Source: an uncultured Gemmatimonadaceae bacterium
GTDB taxonomy: Bacteria > Gemmatimonadota > Gemmatimonadetes > Gemmatimonadales > Gemmatimonadaceae
Reading direction: 5' to 3'
Assembly (NCBI GenBank): GCA_963740355.1
Contig: CAVUDW010000002.1
Span: 1,056,001 to 1,120,000 of the forward strand
DNA: 64,000 bases
The notes under the pieces are model-generated. The model was not told the DNA's origin and searched no databases. It worked only from the letters and a program-made list of their open reading frames with translations. The stretch's first letter is position 1; every line of letters begins with the position of its first letter. The position numbers and the translations under genes were made by a program. Shown here one piece after another: positions 1 through 10,371 of the stretch.

Positions 1-592
1 CCCAGGTGCGCGCCAGTCGACGCAACAGTGTCACCGTCGCCTCGATGCTCTTCATCTGGTCGAAACCGTCCGTCTCGCTCGAGAGCACCTTGGCGAGGTC
101 ACTGCTCTCGCTGATCTCTCGCGTCACGACGTCAGCGCGCCAGAGCTTGCCGTGCAGCGTGGGATAGACGGCATACCCGAGCACACGCGGAGTCGGAATC
201 CCGACATGGCGCAACGTCCAGCTGATGCGCAGTTCGTCAGCAGCGCGTGGCGTGATGAACACATCGCGCGTGAGCCCAGCGAGCATTCCGCCGTGAAAGC
301 TGTGTCGCACGACGACGTTGACATCGATCCCGGGCAGCGGCACCGCGTAGGCCACGTGTCGGCCCTGCAGTGATCGAGCTTCCGGATGCTTGGCCGCCCA
401 CTGGTAGAGCGTGCGATGCTCCATCAGCATGTCGTCGAAGTAGCGCATGGTGGCGCCATGTGACACCACGGTGGCGTCGCGGATCATCTTCTGCGTGTAC
501 CCGGAGGGGTACATGCCGTCGGGAATCAGGCCGCCGGGTGAGGCGATCGGCGATCCGGCGAATGGCGAGACGGCATCGTGCACATTGATCAT
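1..592 (-). CDS. Kdo kinase / lipopolysaccharide kinase (Kdo/WaaP/InaA family), 3' end runs off the window
   Basis: Not in the ORF track; translated by hand from ATG at 592, which overlaps the trpE stop (ATGA): MINVHDAVSPF...VVVRHSFHGGML...RAADELRISWTLRHVGIPTPRVLGYAV...RADVVTREI. Resembles KdkA motifs (RHYxRGG, ExxL...GxPxP, RADxxT). Confidence 0.7.
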   Translation of the reverse strand, partial: MINVHDAVSPFAGSPIASPGGLIPDGMYPSGYTQKMIRDATVVSHGATMRYFDDMLMEHRTLYQWAAKHPEARSLQGRHVAYAVPLPGIDVNVVVRHSFHGGMLAGLTRDVFITPRAADELRISWTLRHVGIPTPRVLGYAVYPTLHGKLWRADVVTREISESSDLAKVLSSETDGFDQMKSIEATVTLLRRLARTW

Positions 593-2085
593 TTCTGCCG
601 CACCCTGCCGATCGCCGTCAGCATCGCGCCGGCCTTGTTCTCGGTTTCCAGCCACTCGTGCGCAGGCACGGAATCGTAGACGATTCCGGCACCGACCTGC
701 ACGCTGGCCTCACCACCGGCGATGACGCAGGTGCGAATCGTGATGGCGAGATCCATGCGACGATCGCCGGCGGCGAGGTAGCCGACCGCACCGGCGTAGG
801 GTCCGCGACGCTCCGGTTCGAGCTCATCGATGATTTCCATCGCGCGCACCTTGGGCGCTCCCGTCATCGTACCCGCCGGGAAGGTGGCGCGCACGACGTC
901 GAGCGCGGAGGCGTCGGGACCGACGTTGCCGATCACTTCACTGACGAGATGCAGCACATGTGAGTAGCGCTCGACGATCATGAACTCGGTGACCTGCACT
1001 GTGCCATACCTGGCGAGGCGCCCGACGTCATTGCGACCGAGGTCCACCAGCATCACATGTTCTGCCCGTTCCTTCTCGTCGTTCTGCAACTCCTCGGTCA
1101 GGCGCGCATCATCGGCCGGCGTCTTGCCGCGGCGACGTGTGCCGGCGATCGGACGCACGGTGACGGTGCCACCCGCCAGTCGCACCAGCACTTCCGGTGA
1201 GCTGCCCACCAGCTCCATGCCGTCCAGCACGAGGTGGTACATGTACGGTGACGGATTGAGCGCCCGTAGTGCGCGATAAAGCGTCAGCCCGTCAAAGTCG
1301 TGCGGCACCGTGATGCGACGCGCAATCAGGCACTGGAAGCAGTCGCCGGCGACGATGTACTCCTTGATTCGCTCGACCGCCGCGCTGAACGTCTCGCGGG
1401 TGAAGTTCGAGCGGCCTTCGGCGACCGGGGCCGCATCGTCGAGCGCCAGTGGCTCGAGTGTCGCCGGCGACTGCAATCGCGCGATCGTCGACTTGATCTC
1501 GGCCACGGCAGCGTCATAGGCGGCGCGCAGCGTCGGCTCGTCATCACTGTCGATCGGGACGGCGGTCACGACACGTGCCTGCGACTTCAGGTTGTCCATC
1601 ACCACCAGCGTGCGGGTGGACACGAACAGGGCATCGGGGGTGGCCGTGCCACGCGGTGGCGCATGTGGCAGCTTCTCGATGTGCCGCACCACGTCATAGC
1701 TGAAGAAGCCCACCGCACCAGCCCAGAAGTCGCCCAGCTCGGGCACCACGACGGGCTCGTATTGCGAGACTTCGGCACGCAACGAATCGAACGGGTCGGC
1801 CACCGGCGTTGCACCATGCCAGCCGGCGTCGGGAGTCCAGCGGTCCACGGTTCCGTCACGAAGACGCCACGCCGCCCGCGGCTCGGTGCCAAGGAAGGTG
1901 TAGCGGGCCCACGTTTCGCTGCCGGCGGGCGCCGACTCGAGAAGGAACGCAAAGGGTCCACGCCGCAGCTTGGCGAACGCCGACACCGGGGTGTCGAGGT
2001 CCAGCAGGCAATCATGCCAGACCGGTACCAGCCGGCCCGGCGCCGCCATGGCGCGAAACGATTCGTACGACGTGACCAGTGACAC
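589..2085 (-). CDS. trpE: Anthranilate synthase component I (chorismate-binding enzyme)
   Basis: Motifs FLLESA, NPSPYM, SSPE, PIAGTR, KERAEHVMLVDLGRND, GAPKVRAMEII, YAGAVGY. GTG at 2085 chosen as start; the track start at 2223 overlaps the divergent gene. Confidence 0.88.
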   Translation of the reverse strand: MSLVTSYESFRAMAAPGRLVPVWHDCLLDLDTPVSAFAKLRRGPFAFLLESAPAGSETWARYTFLGTEPRAAWRLRDGTVDRWTPDAGWHGATPVADPFDSLRAEVSQYEPVVVPELGDFWAGAVGFFSYDVVRHIEKLPHAPPRGTATPDALFVSTRTLVVMDNLKSQARVVTAVPIDSDDEPTLRAAYDAAVAEIKSTIARLQSPATLEPLALDDAAPVAEGRSNFTRETFSAAVERIKEYIVAGDCFQCLIARRITVPHDFDGLTLYRALRALNPSPYMYHLVLDGMELVGSSPEVLVRLAGGTVTVRPIAGTRRRGKTPADDARLTEELQNDEKERAEHVMLVDLGRNDVGRLARYGTVQVTEFMIVERYSHVLHLVSEVIGNVGPDASALDVVRATFPAGTMTGAPKVRAMEIIDELEPERRGPYAGAVGYLAAGDRRMDLAITIRTCVIAGGEASVQVGAGIVYDSVPAHEWLETENKAGAMLTAIGRVRQK

Positions 2086-2142
2086 TCGAGCGGGGACAGG
2101 GGGACGTGGGTGCCGGGTGCGGCGGGCCAGAGCGAGATTGCC

Positions 2143-4221
2143 ATGATGCGACGAGTCACGCACCTGATCAGCGCTGCGCTGCTGACACTCATCACGCTGC
2201 ACCCCTCCACCGTACACGGCCAAGCCGCAGAATGGAATGATGCACGTGCGCTCGACCTGGCGCAGCGGGCGACCTCCCGGCGCTCGGCTCAGCTCGCAGA
2301 CACCACCCTTCGCGACTACAGCGCACGTGCACGTGGCTACGTGACGTTCCTCGCACAGGCTGGCGAGGGGCTCACCGAGCCGCCCAAGGTCGTCAAGGCC
2401 GATGAACTGGGGCTCGAGGTCTTCTGGCGGTCGCCCAACCAGAGCAAGCAGCGCATTCTCGGCCGGCGTGACACGCTGCTGCTACCGACGGATATCAACT
2501 ACCACCGCGACCACCTCGGCATCATCCAGAACAACTTCCCCGACATCATCCGGCTCGGGGATGGGGACGAGGTGATGGACGTGCCTCACCCGCTCTCGCC
2601 ACGCGGGATGGGCGAATACGACTTCAAGATTGCCGACTCGCTGGTGATCAAGCTCGCAGATCGGGTGATCGAGGTGTTTCAGCTCAGCATCCGACCGAAG
2701 AACGATCGTGCGCCGCGTGCCGTGGGCGCGGTGTTCGTGGAACGGGCCACGGCGCAGGTGGTGCGCATGGCGTTCTCGTTCACCCGCGTCGCGCTGAAGG
2801 ACAAGTCGCTCGAGGATGTGTCGGTGATCCTCGAGAACGGAATGATCGAGGATCGATACTGGCTGCCGCGGCGGCAACAGATCGAGATTCGACGGACGGG
2901 CACCTGGCTCGATTTCCCGTTCCGGGGCATCATCCGCGGCCGGTGGGAAATTCGGGACTACGATGTGAATACGGGGATTCCCGCGGCCTTCTTCGCTGGA
3001 CCCGAGATCGTGCAGGCGCCGCCGGATCGTCAGGCCGCGTTCACGTTCAAGGGCGAACTGCTGGATGGCCTGCCACCTGATGTGCGCACGGTGACCGACA
3101 ACGACGTGAAGGCGGTACAGGACGCGGCCCGCGAGCTGGTGCGCGCGCAGGCGCTGCAGCGCACCCGCGCCACGGCCATTCAGGCGCGTGGGCTCTCCGA
3201 TTTCGTGCGCGTCAATCGCGTGGAAGGCTTGGCGCTTGGCGCCGGGATCACGCAGCGCCTCGGTGCCGGTGTGCGTGTCAGCGCGACGGGTCGATATGGG
3301 ATCTCCGACGAGCAGGTTCGTGGCACCGCAATCATCGCATGGGAGCGCGCATCAGGCGCCGGCATTTCGCTTCGCGCCGAGCGACAGCTCGGTGACGTGG
3401 CCTTGGTGCCAGAGGGCTCGCTGGCGCGCAATTCCATTGCCGCGCAGGAGTTCGGCTCCGACTGGACGAGCCCCTTCCAGCGACGGCAGGTGGCGGTGCG
3501 ACTCGACTTGCCGCCGCTGCTCGAACGGCGCTGGCGACTGAGCCTGGAGGGCGCCGTCGAGAAGCACTCGCGTGTCTCGGTCAATGCCACGCCGGCCACC
3601 GGCGTGTACGAAGCCACGCCGCCGGTTCTGGACGACCAGTTCACTCGCGCATCGCTGCTCGTGCGGCGGCCGACAGCGCTGGGGCCATTCGGAGCAGAAG
3701 TGTCGTTCACGGGCTCGATCGACGCGATGCGTGCGAGGTCATCGGGCCGCGATTTCAGTCGCGCAGTGATCGACATCGACATTCAGCGGCCGATTGGGCG
3801 CGACCGGCTGGTACTTCGCACCATCGCTGCTGGCAACGTCGGGAGCTACATCCCGCTGGAATACGAGGCGTGGCTCGGCGGACCAGTGACCTTGCCGGGC
3901 GCGGGATTTCATGCGGTACGCGGGCGTGTTGGTGTGTCGCAGCGTGTCGAGTGGCAACACGCCGTGCCTGGCCCGTCGATCCCACTCGGCCGCTACGGTC
4001 GCGTCCCCGGCCAGATCACGCTCGCCCCATACGCGGTGCTCGGCTGGACCGATGCCAAGACATCATCTGCGCGGGTCGTGCCGCGCGGATTTCACCCAGC
4101 CGTCGGTGTGGCTGGCATCGGGTTATTCAATTTGCTGCGGGTCGACGTGGCGCGTGGCCTACGCGACGGTCGCTGGATGTTCTCGATCGATCTCACGCGC
4201 GACTTCTGGAGAATATTGTGA
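2143..4221 (+). CDS. Exported outer-membrane protein with C-terminal beta-barrel (DUF5686/surface-antigen-like)
   Basis: Sec signal peptide (MMRRVTHLISAALLTLITLHPSTVHG-Q), RVNRVEGLALGAG motif, alternating beta-strand pattern and aromatic C-terminus (LRVDVARG...FSIDLTRDFWRIL). Confidence 0.65.
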   Translation: MMRRVTHLISAALLTLITLHPSTVHGQAAEWNDARALDLAQRATSRRSAQLADTTLRDYSARARGYVTFLAQAGEGLTEPPKVVKADELGLEVFWRSPNQSKQRILGRRDTLLLPTDINYHRDHLGIIQNNFPDIIRLGDGDEVMDVPHPLSPRGMGEYDFKIADSLVIKLADRVIEVFQLSIRPKNDRAPRAVGAVFVERATAQVVRMAFSFTRVALKDKSLEDVSVILENGMIEDRYWLPRRQQIEIRRTGTWLDFPFRGIIRGRWEIRDYDVNTGIPAAFFAGPEIVQAPPDRQAAFTFKGELLDGLPPDVRTVTDNDVKAVQDAARELVRAQALQRTRATAIQARGLSDFVRVNRVEGLALGAGITQRLGAGVRVSATGRYGISDEQVRGTAIIAWERASGAGISLRAERQLGDVALVPEGSLARNSIAAQEFGSDWTSPFQRRQVAVRLDLPPLLERRWRLSLEGAVEKHSRVSVNATPATGVYEATPPVLDDQFTRASLLVRRPTALGPFGAEVSFTGSIDAMRARSSGRDFSRAVIDIDIQRPIGRDRLVLRTIAAGNVGSYIPLEYEAWLGGPVTLPGAGFHAVRGRVGVSQRVEWQHAVPGPSIPLGRYGRVPGQITLAPYAVLGWTDAKTSSARVVPRGFHPAVGVAGIGLFNLLRVDVARGLRDGRWMFSIDLTRDFWRIL

Positions 4222-4700
4222 GCAACGGCGGTACCGTTTCCGTACGAGTCAGCATCGTCGACCTGGCCGTGGTGCGCTTCGGCACCAACGGCCTGGAAAC
4301 ACTCCTGATGCGCCGCGCCGCCGGCATGCGCTGCACCGGCGCGTGGGAGATCGTGCACGGCAAGATCGACAAGGGCGAGCGCCCGGACGCCGCGGCAGTG
4401 CGCGAGCTGCGCGAGGAGACGGGTCTCACCTGTCAGCGCCTCTACAACATCACGCTCGGCGGCTTCTACCTCCACACGCAGGGTGTGTTGAGCCTGACCG
4501 TCGTGTTCTGCGCACTGGTCGCGCCCGATGTCGATCCGGTGATCGGCGAGGAACACGATGCCTTTCGCTGGCTGCCACTGGCCGAAGCCATGACCGAGTG
4601 CGCCTGGCCGCGCGAGCGTGAAGCGCTGCAACACATTGCACACCTTCTCCGCAATGGCCACGACGCGGGCGCTGTCGAGGACGTGTTACGAGTCTTCTGA
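4218..4700 (+). CDS. NUDIX hydrolase (NudB/Ap4A-hydrolase-like)
   Basis: Nudix box GKIDKGERPDAAAVRELREETGL plus EEHDAFRWL; GTGA overlap with the upstream stop. Confidence 0.85.
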   Translation: MSNGGTVSVRVSIVDLAVVRFGTNGLETLLMRRAAGMRCTGAWEIVHGKIDKGERPDAAAVRELREETGLTCQRLYNITLGGFYLHTQGVLSLTVVFCALVAPDVDPVIGEEHDAFRWLPLAEAMTECAWPREREALQHIAHLLRNGHDAGAVEDVLRVF

Positions 4701-4743
4701 TTCGCCTCGGCGAACGGTCTGTCTACGCGCGGCTCCGTTAAAA

Positions 4744-4922
4744 GCAAATGAGGGGGAGGCCACGGAGCTCACGGAGTGCTCGGCAGGCCACCAATGTTGC
4801 TTCGCCAACTGGCGGTGACTTTGAGGGAACTGCAGTTCTCTCATGTCTTCAATCTGTGCGAAACTCAGAGCCATCGCCGATGGAGCTACTCCGTGAGCTC
4901 CGTGGCCTCCCTCCCCCATTGC
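4744..4922. repeat. Intergenic inverted-repeat element (REP/MITE-like)
   Basis: Perfect 24-bp inverted repeat gggaggccacggagctcacggagt (4754-4777) / actccgtgagctccgtggcctccc (4888-4911), extending imperfectly outwards. Internal palindrome gaactgcagttc. Lies between convergent genes. Confidence 0.7.
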
Positions 4923-4965
4923 AGTTCGCAGAGGCGGCGCAGCAAGAACGCTCGCGTCTGGCGAA

Positions 4966-5751
4966 CTATCCGTGCGTTTCTGGGAGTTCGTCCGAACCAG
5001 AATCGTCGTCGATGTCGGGAAGTTCGTCGAACGGCGGCGGCGTTGCGGCGTCACCGTCTGCGCGCGGAACGTAGACGGGTTCCTCTCGCCACGGACCGGC
5101 GTTGAGCAGTTGCACCAACGCATCGGCGAGTTCGTCGCGACCGATGTTTTCGTGCGCGCTGAAAGGGATCACCTGGTCTTCATCGACCTCGTACGCCGTG
5201 CACAGCTCGGTGATGCGCTTGGCGCGGGCCATCTTGCCGAGCTTGTCCACCTTGGTCAGCGCCAGCAATGTCGGTACGCCGAGCTCGGCGAGGAAGTCGA
5301 GCATCACGCGATCGTCGGCCGTCGGGTCATGGCGCACGTCGAGCAACTGCACCACGCCGCGCAGGTACGGGCTTTGTTGCATGTAGCTGGCGATCAACGG
5401 CTTCCACGCTGCCTTGCGGTCCTTGCTGATCTTGGCGTAGCCGTAGCCCGGCAGGTCGACCAGCATGAACTGGTCGTTGACGCGGAAGAAGTTGATTTCA
5501 CGCGTGCGGCCCGGCGTGCGGCTGACGCGCGCAAAGGCCTTCCGGCGCACCAGCGCATTGAGCAGCGAGCTTTTCCCGACGTTCGAGCGGCCGGCAAAGG
5601 CGATCTCCGGCAGTCGCGGCTCGGGGCGCCAGCCGTCCACGGACGCCATCGGCCCGTCGAACTCCAGGGAACGGATCACCAGCGGGTCGGACTTCGGCGC
5701 GCTGGTGGTCGGTGCATCCTGCGGGTCGTACGACAACTCAGGGTCGGTCAC
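4966..5751 (-). CDS. engB: Ribosome biogenesis GTP-binding protein YihA/EngB
   Basis: GRSNVGKSS (G1), SRTPGRT, DLPGYGY (G3), TKVDK (G4); downstream of lon as is typical. Confidence 0.95.
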   Translation of the reverse strand: MTDPELSYDPQDAPTTSAPKSDPLVIRSLEFDGPMASVDGWRPEPRLPEIAFAGRSNVGKSSLLNALVRRKAFARVSRTPGRTREINFFRVNDQFMLVDLPGYGYAKISKDRKAAWKPLIASYMQQSPYLRGVVQLLDVRHDPTADDRVMLDFLAELGVPTLLALTKVDKLGKMARAKRITELCTAYEVDEDQVIPFSAHENIGRDELADALVQLLNAGPWREEPVYVPRADGDAATPPPFDELPDIDDDSGSDELPETHG

Positions 5752-5757
5752 GCAATC

Positions 5758-8229
5758 TCAGTGTGGGTGCACCGGCGCACGACGTCCGCCACGCTCGCGG
5801 CGCGGTTGAACGGTGGCAGGTGGTACGGGGTGACCGGCAGGTGGCGGCGGCCCGACGACCGTCAGCGGCACGCTGGGCGTGCGCAGGCCGAGGGCCAGCA
5901 CCTCATCCATGCTGCCGACGAAATGGAAGGTGATCGCGTCCTTCACTTCCTGCGGCACGTCATCGAGGTCGCGTTCGTTCGCCTTCGGCAGGAGCACGTG
6001 GCTGATGCCGGCACGGTGCGCGCCGACGGCCTTTTCCTTCACGCCACCGATCGGCAGCACACGTCCACGCAGCGTGATCTCACCCGTCATCGCGACATCG
6101 CCGCGCACTGGTGTACCCGTCAGCGCGCTGACCACCGCCGTGGCGATCGCGATCCCCGCACTCGGGCCATCCTTCGGTGTCGCGCCGGCCGGAATGTGGA
6201 TGTGAATGTCCTTTGTTTTGTAGAACTCCGGCGCGATGCCAAGCTGCACAGCGCGCTGGCGCGCATAACTCATCGCGGCCGACGCCGACTCCTTCATCAC
6301 GTCACCGAGCGTGCCGGTGAGTTGCAGGCGTCCTCGGCCATCGACGACACTGACTTCGATCTCGAGCGTCTCGCCACCGACCGTGGTGTAGGCGAGGCCA
6401 GTGGCCACGCCCACCTTGTCTTCGAGCGACGTATCATCGGGATCGAACTGCATGGAGCCCAGCAGGGCCGTGAGCTCGGCGGTCTTCACGACCAGCGGCG
6501 CGCGACCCTTCTTGCTGTCCGGTTCCTCGGCGCGCTGCCGCGCCAACTTGCGAGCCACTCGTGCGAGGCGACGCTCGAAGTCGCGTACACCGGCCTCTCG
6601 TGTCCAGCCACGACAGATGGTGCGCAGTGCATCAGGCTCCCACGTCACTTCACTGGAATCGATCCCGACTGCCTTCAGCGTGCGTGGCACCAGGTACTGC
6701 CTCGCGATCGCGAGCTTTTCCTGGTCGAGGTAGCCCGTCAACCGAATGATCTCCATTCGGTCGCGCAGCGGCTCGGGAATGCCACTCAGCGAATTGGCTG
6801 TCGTGATGAACAGCACCTGGCTGAGATCGTAGTCGATCTCGAGGTAGTGATCATTGAACGCCGTGTTCTGCTCAGGGTCGAGCACTTCGAGCAGCGCTGC
6901 CGACGGATCGCCGCGGTAGTCCGAGCCGAGCTTGTCCACTTCGTCCAGCAGGAAGACTGGATTCACGCTCTCGGCGCGCCGCATGGCCTGGATGATCCGA
7001 CCAGGCATGGCACCGATGTAGGTGCGACGATGACCGCGAATTTCAGCCTCGTCGCGTACGCCGCCGAGTGACATGCGCACGAACTTGCGACCCAGCGCCC
7101 CCGCGATCGATCGGGCCAGCGAGGTCTTGCCGACACCCGGTGGGCCAACGAGGCAGAGAATCGGGCCATCCATCTTGCCGACCGACTTCAGCACGGCGAT
7201 GTAATCGAGAATGCGGTCCTTCACATCCTCGAGGCCGTAGTGATCCTCGTCCAGCACCTTCTTCGCGCTCGCGACATCGAGTGTGTCGTCGGTGCGGGTG
7301 TTCCATGGCAGCGCCAGCACCCAGTCGAGGAAGGTGCGGCTGACGGTCGCCTCAGGGCTGAGTGGCGCCATCTTGCGCAACTTGCGCACTTCGCGACGGG
7401 CACGTGTGAGGACGGCCTCCGGCAGCTTCGCGGCCACCAGTTGGGCGTCCAGCTCCTGCACCTCGTCGCCGTCTTCGTTGCCGAGTTCGCGATGAATCGC
7501 GCGCAGCTGTTCCTGCAGGTAGAACTCGCGCTGGTTCTGGAAGAGGGCGCCACGCACGTCGTCCTCGATCTTCCGCTCGAGGCGCAGCAGTTCCACCTCA
7601 CCCGCCAGCGTCATCGCCAACTGCTCGTACATGATGCCGAGCGTCGGTGCATCCAGCAGGCGCTGGCGCACATCGAGCTTCACGCTGAGGTGCGCTGCCA
7701 TCAGGCAGGCCTGCTGTTCGAACGACTCGGCGCCACCGATCAGTCGCACCACTTCATCCGGCAAGCGACGATGCAGCGCGACGTACTCTTCGAAGGTGGC
7801 CACGGCGCGACGCGTCTGGCGCTCTTCGTCCTCGCTCAGCGGCGTGGCATCGAGCGGATACGGCTGCACGTTGGCCTTCAGGTGCGAGCCGGCCATCGCG
7901 TAGCGCGTGACCTTGGCGCGTGCGAGCGACTCCACCAGGACACGTGTGGTGCCGTTCTGCAGGCGCGAGATCTGGAGGATGCGCGCGACGACGCCGACAC
8001 GATACAGGTCGGTGCTGCCGGGTTCTTCGGTGTCCGCGCGCTTCTGCGCGACGAGCAGCACCAGCGAGTCGTCCGCGGCTGCCGTATCGAGGGCGGCGAG
8101 GCTGGCGGCACGGCCGACCAGCAAGGGCATGACGACGTGAGGAAAGATGACCACGTCGCGCAGCGGTACTACGGGCAACCGCTCCGGCGTCTCGATCTTG
8201 TCCCCATCGCGCCGGAAGACCGGGCTCAG
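5758..8229 (-). CDS. lon: ATP-dependent Lon protease (copy 1)
   Basis: PVVPLRD N-domain, Walker [23 protein letters not shown], catalytic PKDGPSAG and GGVKEK. Start placed at CTG 8229 (see findings); TTG 8178 is the alternative. Confidence 0.95.
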   Translation of the reverse strand: MSPVFRRDGDKIETPERLPVVPLRDVVIFPHVVMPLLVGRAASLAALDTAAADDSLVLLVAQKRADTEEPGSTDLYRVGVVARILQISRLQNGTTRVLVESLARAKVTRYAMAGSHLKANVQPYPLDATPLSEDEERQTRRAVATFEEYVALHRRLPDEVVRLIGGAESFEQQACLMAAHLSVKLDVRQRLLDAPTLGIMYEQLAMTLAGEVELLRLERKIEDDVRGALFQNQREFYLQEQLRAIHRELGNEDGDEVQELDAQLVAAKLPEAVLTRARREVRKLRKMAPLSPEATVSRTFLDWVLALPWNTRTDDTLDVASAKKVLDEDHYGLEDVKDRILDYIAVLKSVGKMDGPILCLVGPPGVGKTSLARSIAGALGRKFVRMSLGGVRDEAEIRGHRRTYIGAMPGRIIQAMRRAESVNPVFLLDEVDKLGSDYRGDPSAALLEVLDPEQNTAFNDHYLEIDYDLSQVLFITTANSLSGIPEPLRDRMEIIRLTGYLDQEKLAIARQYLVPRTLKAVGIDSSEVTWEPDALRTICRGWTREAGVRDFERRLARVARKLARQRAEEPDSKKGRAPLVVKTAELTALLGSMQFDPDDTSLEDKVGVATGLAYTTVGGETLEIEVSVVDGRGRLQLTGTLGDVMKESASAAMSYARQRAVQLGIAPEFYKTKDIHIHIPAGATPKDGPSAGIAIATAVVSALTGTPVRGDVAMTGEITLRGRVLPIGGVKEKAVGAHRAGISHVLLPKANERDLDDVPQEVKDAITFHFVGSMDEVLALGLRTPSVPLTVVGPPPPAGHPVPPATVQPRRERGGRRAPVHPH

Positions 8230-8231
8230 GG

Positions 8232-9476
8232 CTATGCTTCCTTCTTGCGACGGGCGGGGGAGATCTCGAGGAGCGGCTGCGCACGACTGGTCACGCAGCT
8301 CTCGATCACGCGCACTTCGGTCACGTCTTCGCGACTCGGCAGGTCGAACATCACATCCATGAGGATTTCCTCGAGGATGGCGCGCAGGCCGCGCGCACCC
8401 GTGCCACGCTTGAGGGCCTTGGTGGCCACGGCGCGGAGGGCACTCTCCTCGAAGTCGAGCTTCACTTCCTCGAGCGCGAAGAGCTTCTGGTACTGCTTGA
8501 CGAGGGCGTTCTTCGGCTCGCGCAGGATCTGCACCAGCGCTTCCTCGTCGAGTGATTCCAGCGGCACCGCGACCGGCAGGCGACCCACCAACTCGGGGAT
8601 GATGCCGAAGCGCAGGAGGTCATCCGGCTCGACATCCGCGAACGGTTCCTTGGCGGTGCGCTCCAGCAGGGCCTTGTCGGCGCCGCCGAACCCGATCCGC
8701 TGCTTGCCGACACGCGCCTCGATGATCTTCTCGAGACCGTCGAAGGCGCCACCGCAGATGAACAGGATGTCCTTGGTGTTGATCTGGATGTATTCCTGCT
8801 GCGGGTGCTTGCGGCCACCCTGCGGCGGCACGCTGGCTACCGTCCCCTCGAGAATCTTGAGGAGCGCCTGCTGCACGCCCTCGCCGCTGACGTCGCGGGT
8901 GATGCTCGGGTTCTCGCTCTTGCGCGCGATCTTGTCGATTTCGTCGATGTAGACGATGCCGCGCTCGCATTCCTGCACGTTGAAGTCGCCAGCCTGCAGC
9001 AGGCGGACGAGGATGTTCTCGACATCCTCGCCGACGTAGCCGGCTTCGGTCAACGTGGTGGCATCGGCGATCGTGAACGGCACATCGAGGATCTTGGCCA
9101 GCGTCTGCGCGAGCAGCGTCTTGCCGACACCCGTGGGGCCGATCATGAGGATGTTCGACTTCTCGAGCTCGACATCCTCGTCGCGTGACGCACCAAGGTT
9201 GATGCGCTTGTAGTGGTTGTAGACCGCCACCGACAACGCCTTCTTGGCCCGCTCCTGCCCGATGACGTACTGATCGAGGATGTCCTTGATCTCTTGCGGA
9301 GTCGGGACCTGCGTGATCGCTTCCGCGACCTCGCGTTCCTCATCCTCGGCGAGGATCTCATTGCAGAGCGCAATGCATTCGTTGCAGATGTACACGGACG
9401 GGCCGGAAATGAATTTCCGGACAGCGTCCTTGGACTTTCCGCAGAACGAACAGCGCAGATGCTTGTCGTGCGACAT
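8232..9476 (-). CDS. clpX: ATP-dependent Clp protease ATP-binding subunit ClpX
   Basis: C4 zinc finger CSFCGK...[37 protein letters not shown] loop; start MSHDKHLRC at 9476. Confidence 0.97.
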   Translation of the reverse strand: MSHDKHLRCSFCGKSKDAVRKFISGPSVYICNECIALCNEILAEDEEREVAEAITQVPTPQEIKDILDQYVIGQERAKKALSVAVYNHYKRINLGASRDEDVELEKSNILMIGPTGVGKTLLAQTLAKILDVPFTIADATTLTEAGYVGEDVENILVRLLQAGDFNVQECERGIVYIDEIDKIARKSENPSITRDVSGEGVQQALLKILEGTVASVPPQGGRKHPQQEYIQINTKDILFICGGAFDGLEKIIEARVGKQRIGFGGADKALLERTAKEPFADVEPDDLLRFGIIPELVGRLPVAVPLESLDEEALVQILREPKNALVKQYQKLFALEEVKLDFEESALRAVATKALKRGTGARGLRAILEEILMDVMFDLPSREDVTEVRVIESCVTSRAQPLLEISPARRKKEA

Positions 9477-9533
9477 TCGCGACCCGGCAGAAAACACGGC
9501 AAGCCCCCCGTATGGGGACTCGTCCACCCTTCG

Positions 9534-9561
9534 AAGCTACAACTCGGGCAGGGGATCGCAA
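9534..9561 (-). promoter_or_regulatory. Putative sigma70-type promoter for clpX
   Basis: Minus strand TTGCGA-N16-TAGCTT, about 57 nt upstream of the clpX ATG. Confidence 0.4.
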
Positions 9562-9587
9562 TGCAAGATCCCACCTCCCGCAGATGG

Positions 9588-9660
9588 CAAAGGGCTGCAC
9601 CGCGTGAGCTGCAGCCCCAGCCAAGTATCGGCACGACAACCGTTTACCGGTATCGTGCCG
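9588..9660 (-). terminator. Two hairpins after clpP (putative terminator or mRNA stabiliser)
   Basis: cggcacga...tcgtgccg (9629-9660) and gggctgca...tgcagccc (9592-9617), the latter followed by TTTG on the minus strand. Confidence 0.5.
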
Positions 9661-9673
9661 CCCTCCACGCCGA

Positions 9674-10309
9674 TCAGCCAGCCGCGATCACAGCCGGCTT
9701 CGTGTCGACCGCAAGCTCGCTGCGGCTGGTCACGATGTTGTCGATGATGCCGTAATCCAGCGCTTCCTGGGCACTCATGAAGCGGTCACGGTCGGTATCA
9801 CGTTCGATGACCTCCACCGGCTTGCCGGTGTGCTTGGCCATCAGTTCGTTCATCTTGCCCTTCAGGTACAGAATTTCGCGCGCCTGAATCTCGATGTCCG
9901 AGGCCGTGCCACCGCCGCCGTTCTGGCTCGGCTGGTGGATCATGATGCGGCTGTGCGGCAGGGCGGAGCGCTTGCCCTTGCGACCGGCGCTGAGCATGAA
10001 GGCGCCCATGCTGGCGGCCATGCCCATGCAGATCGTGTTCACCGGCGCCGACATGAAGTTCATCGTGTCGTAGATCGCGAGGCCCGCCGAGATGCTGCCA
10101 CCGGGCGAGTTGATGTACAAGCTGATGTCGCGATCCGCATTGTCCGCCTGCAGAAACAGCAGCTGGGCAATGATGACGTTGGCCACGTCGTCATTGATCG
10201 GCGTGCCGAGGAAGATGATCCGGTCCATCAACAGCCGCGAGAAGACGTCATACGACCGCTCGCCGCGGCTGGACCGTTCGATCACGTACGGAGCGTAAAT
10301 GCTGGCCAT
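9674..10309 (-). CDS. clpP: ATP-dependent Clp protease proteolytic subunit
   Basis: [26 protein letters not shown] (catalytic Ser), MIHQP, DTDRD. Confidence 0.97.
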   Translation of the reverse strand: MASIYAPYVIERSSRGERSYDVFSRLLMDRIIFLGTPINDDVANVIIAQLLFLQADNADRDISLYINSPGGSISAGLAIYDTMNFMSAPVNTICMGMAASMGAFMLSAGRKGKRSALPHSRIMIHQPSQNGGGGTASDIEIQAREILYLKGKMNELMAKHTGKPVEVIERDTDRDRFMSAQEALDYGIIDNIVTSRSELAVDTKPAVIAAG

Positions 10310-10371
10310 GGTTCGGGCTTCCTGCTGAGGTTATGGCACCGGGGCGAACCCCGATGAGAACTCCTGCTGCT

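Noticed and set aside
4972..8952. Long plus-strand ORFs (699 aa and 570 aa) opposite engB/lon/clpX
   Set aside because: Antisense shadows of conserved genes in high-GC DNA, with no motifs of their own.
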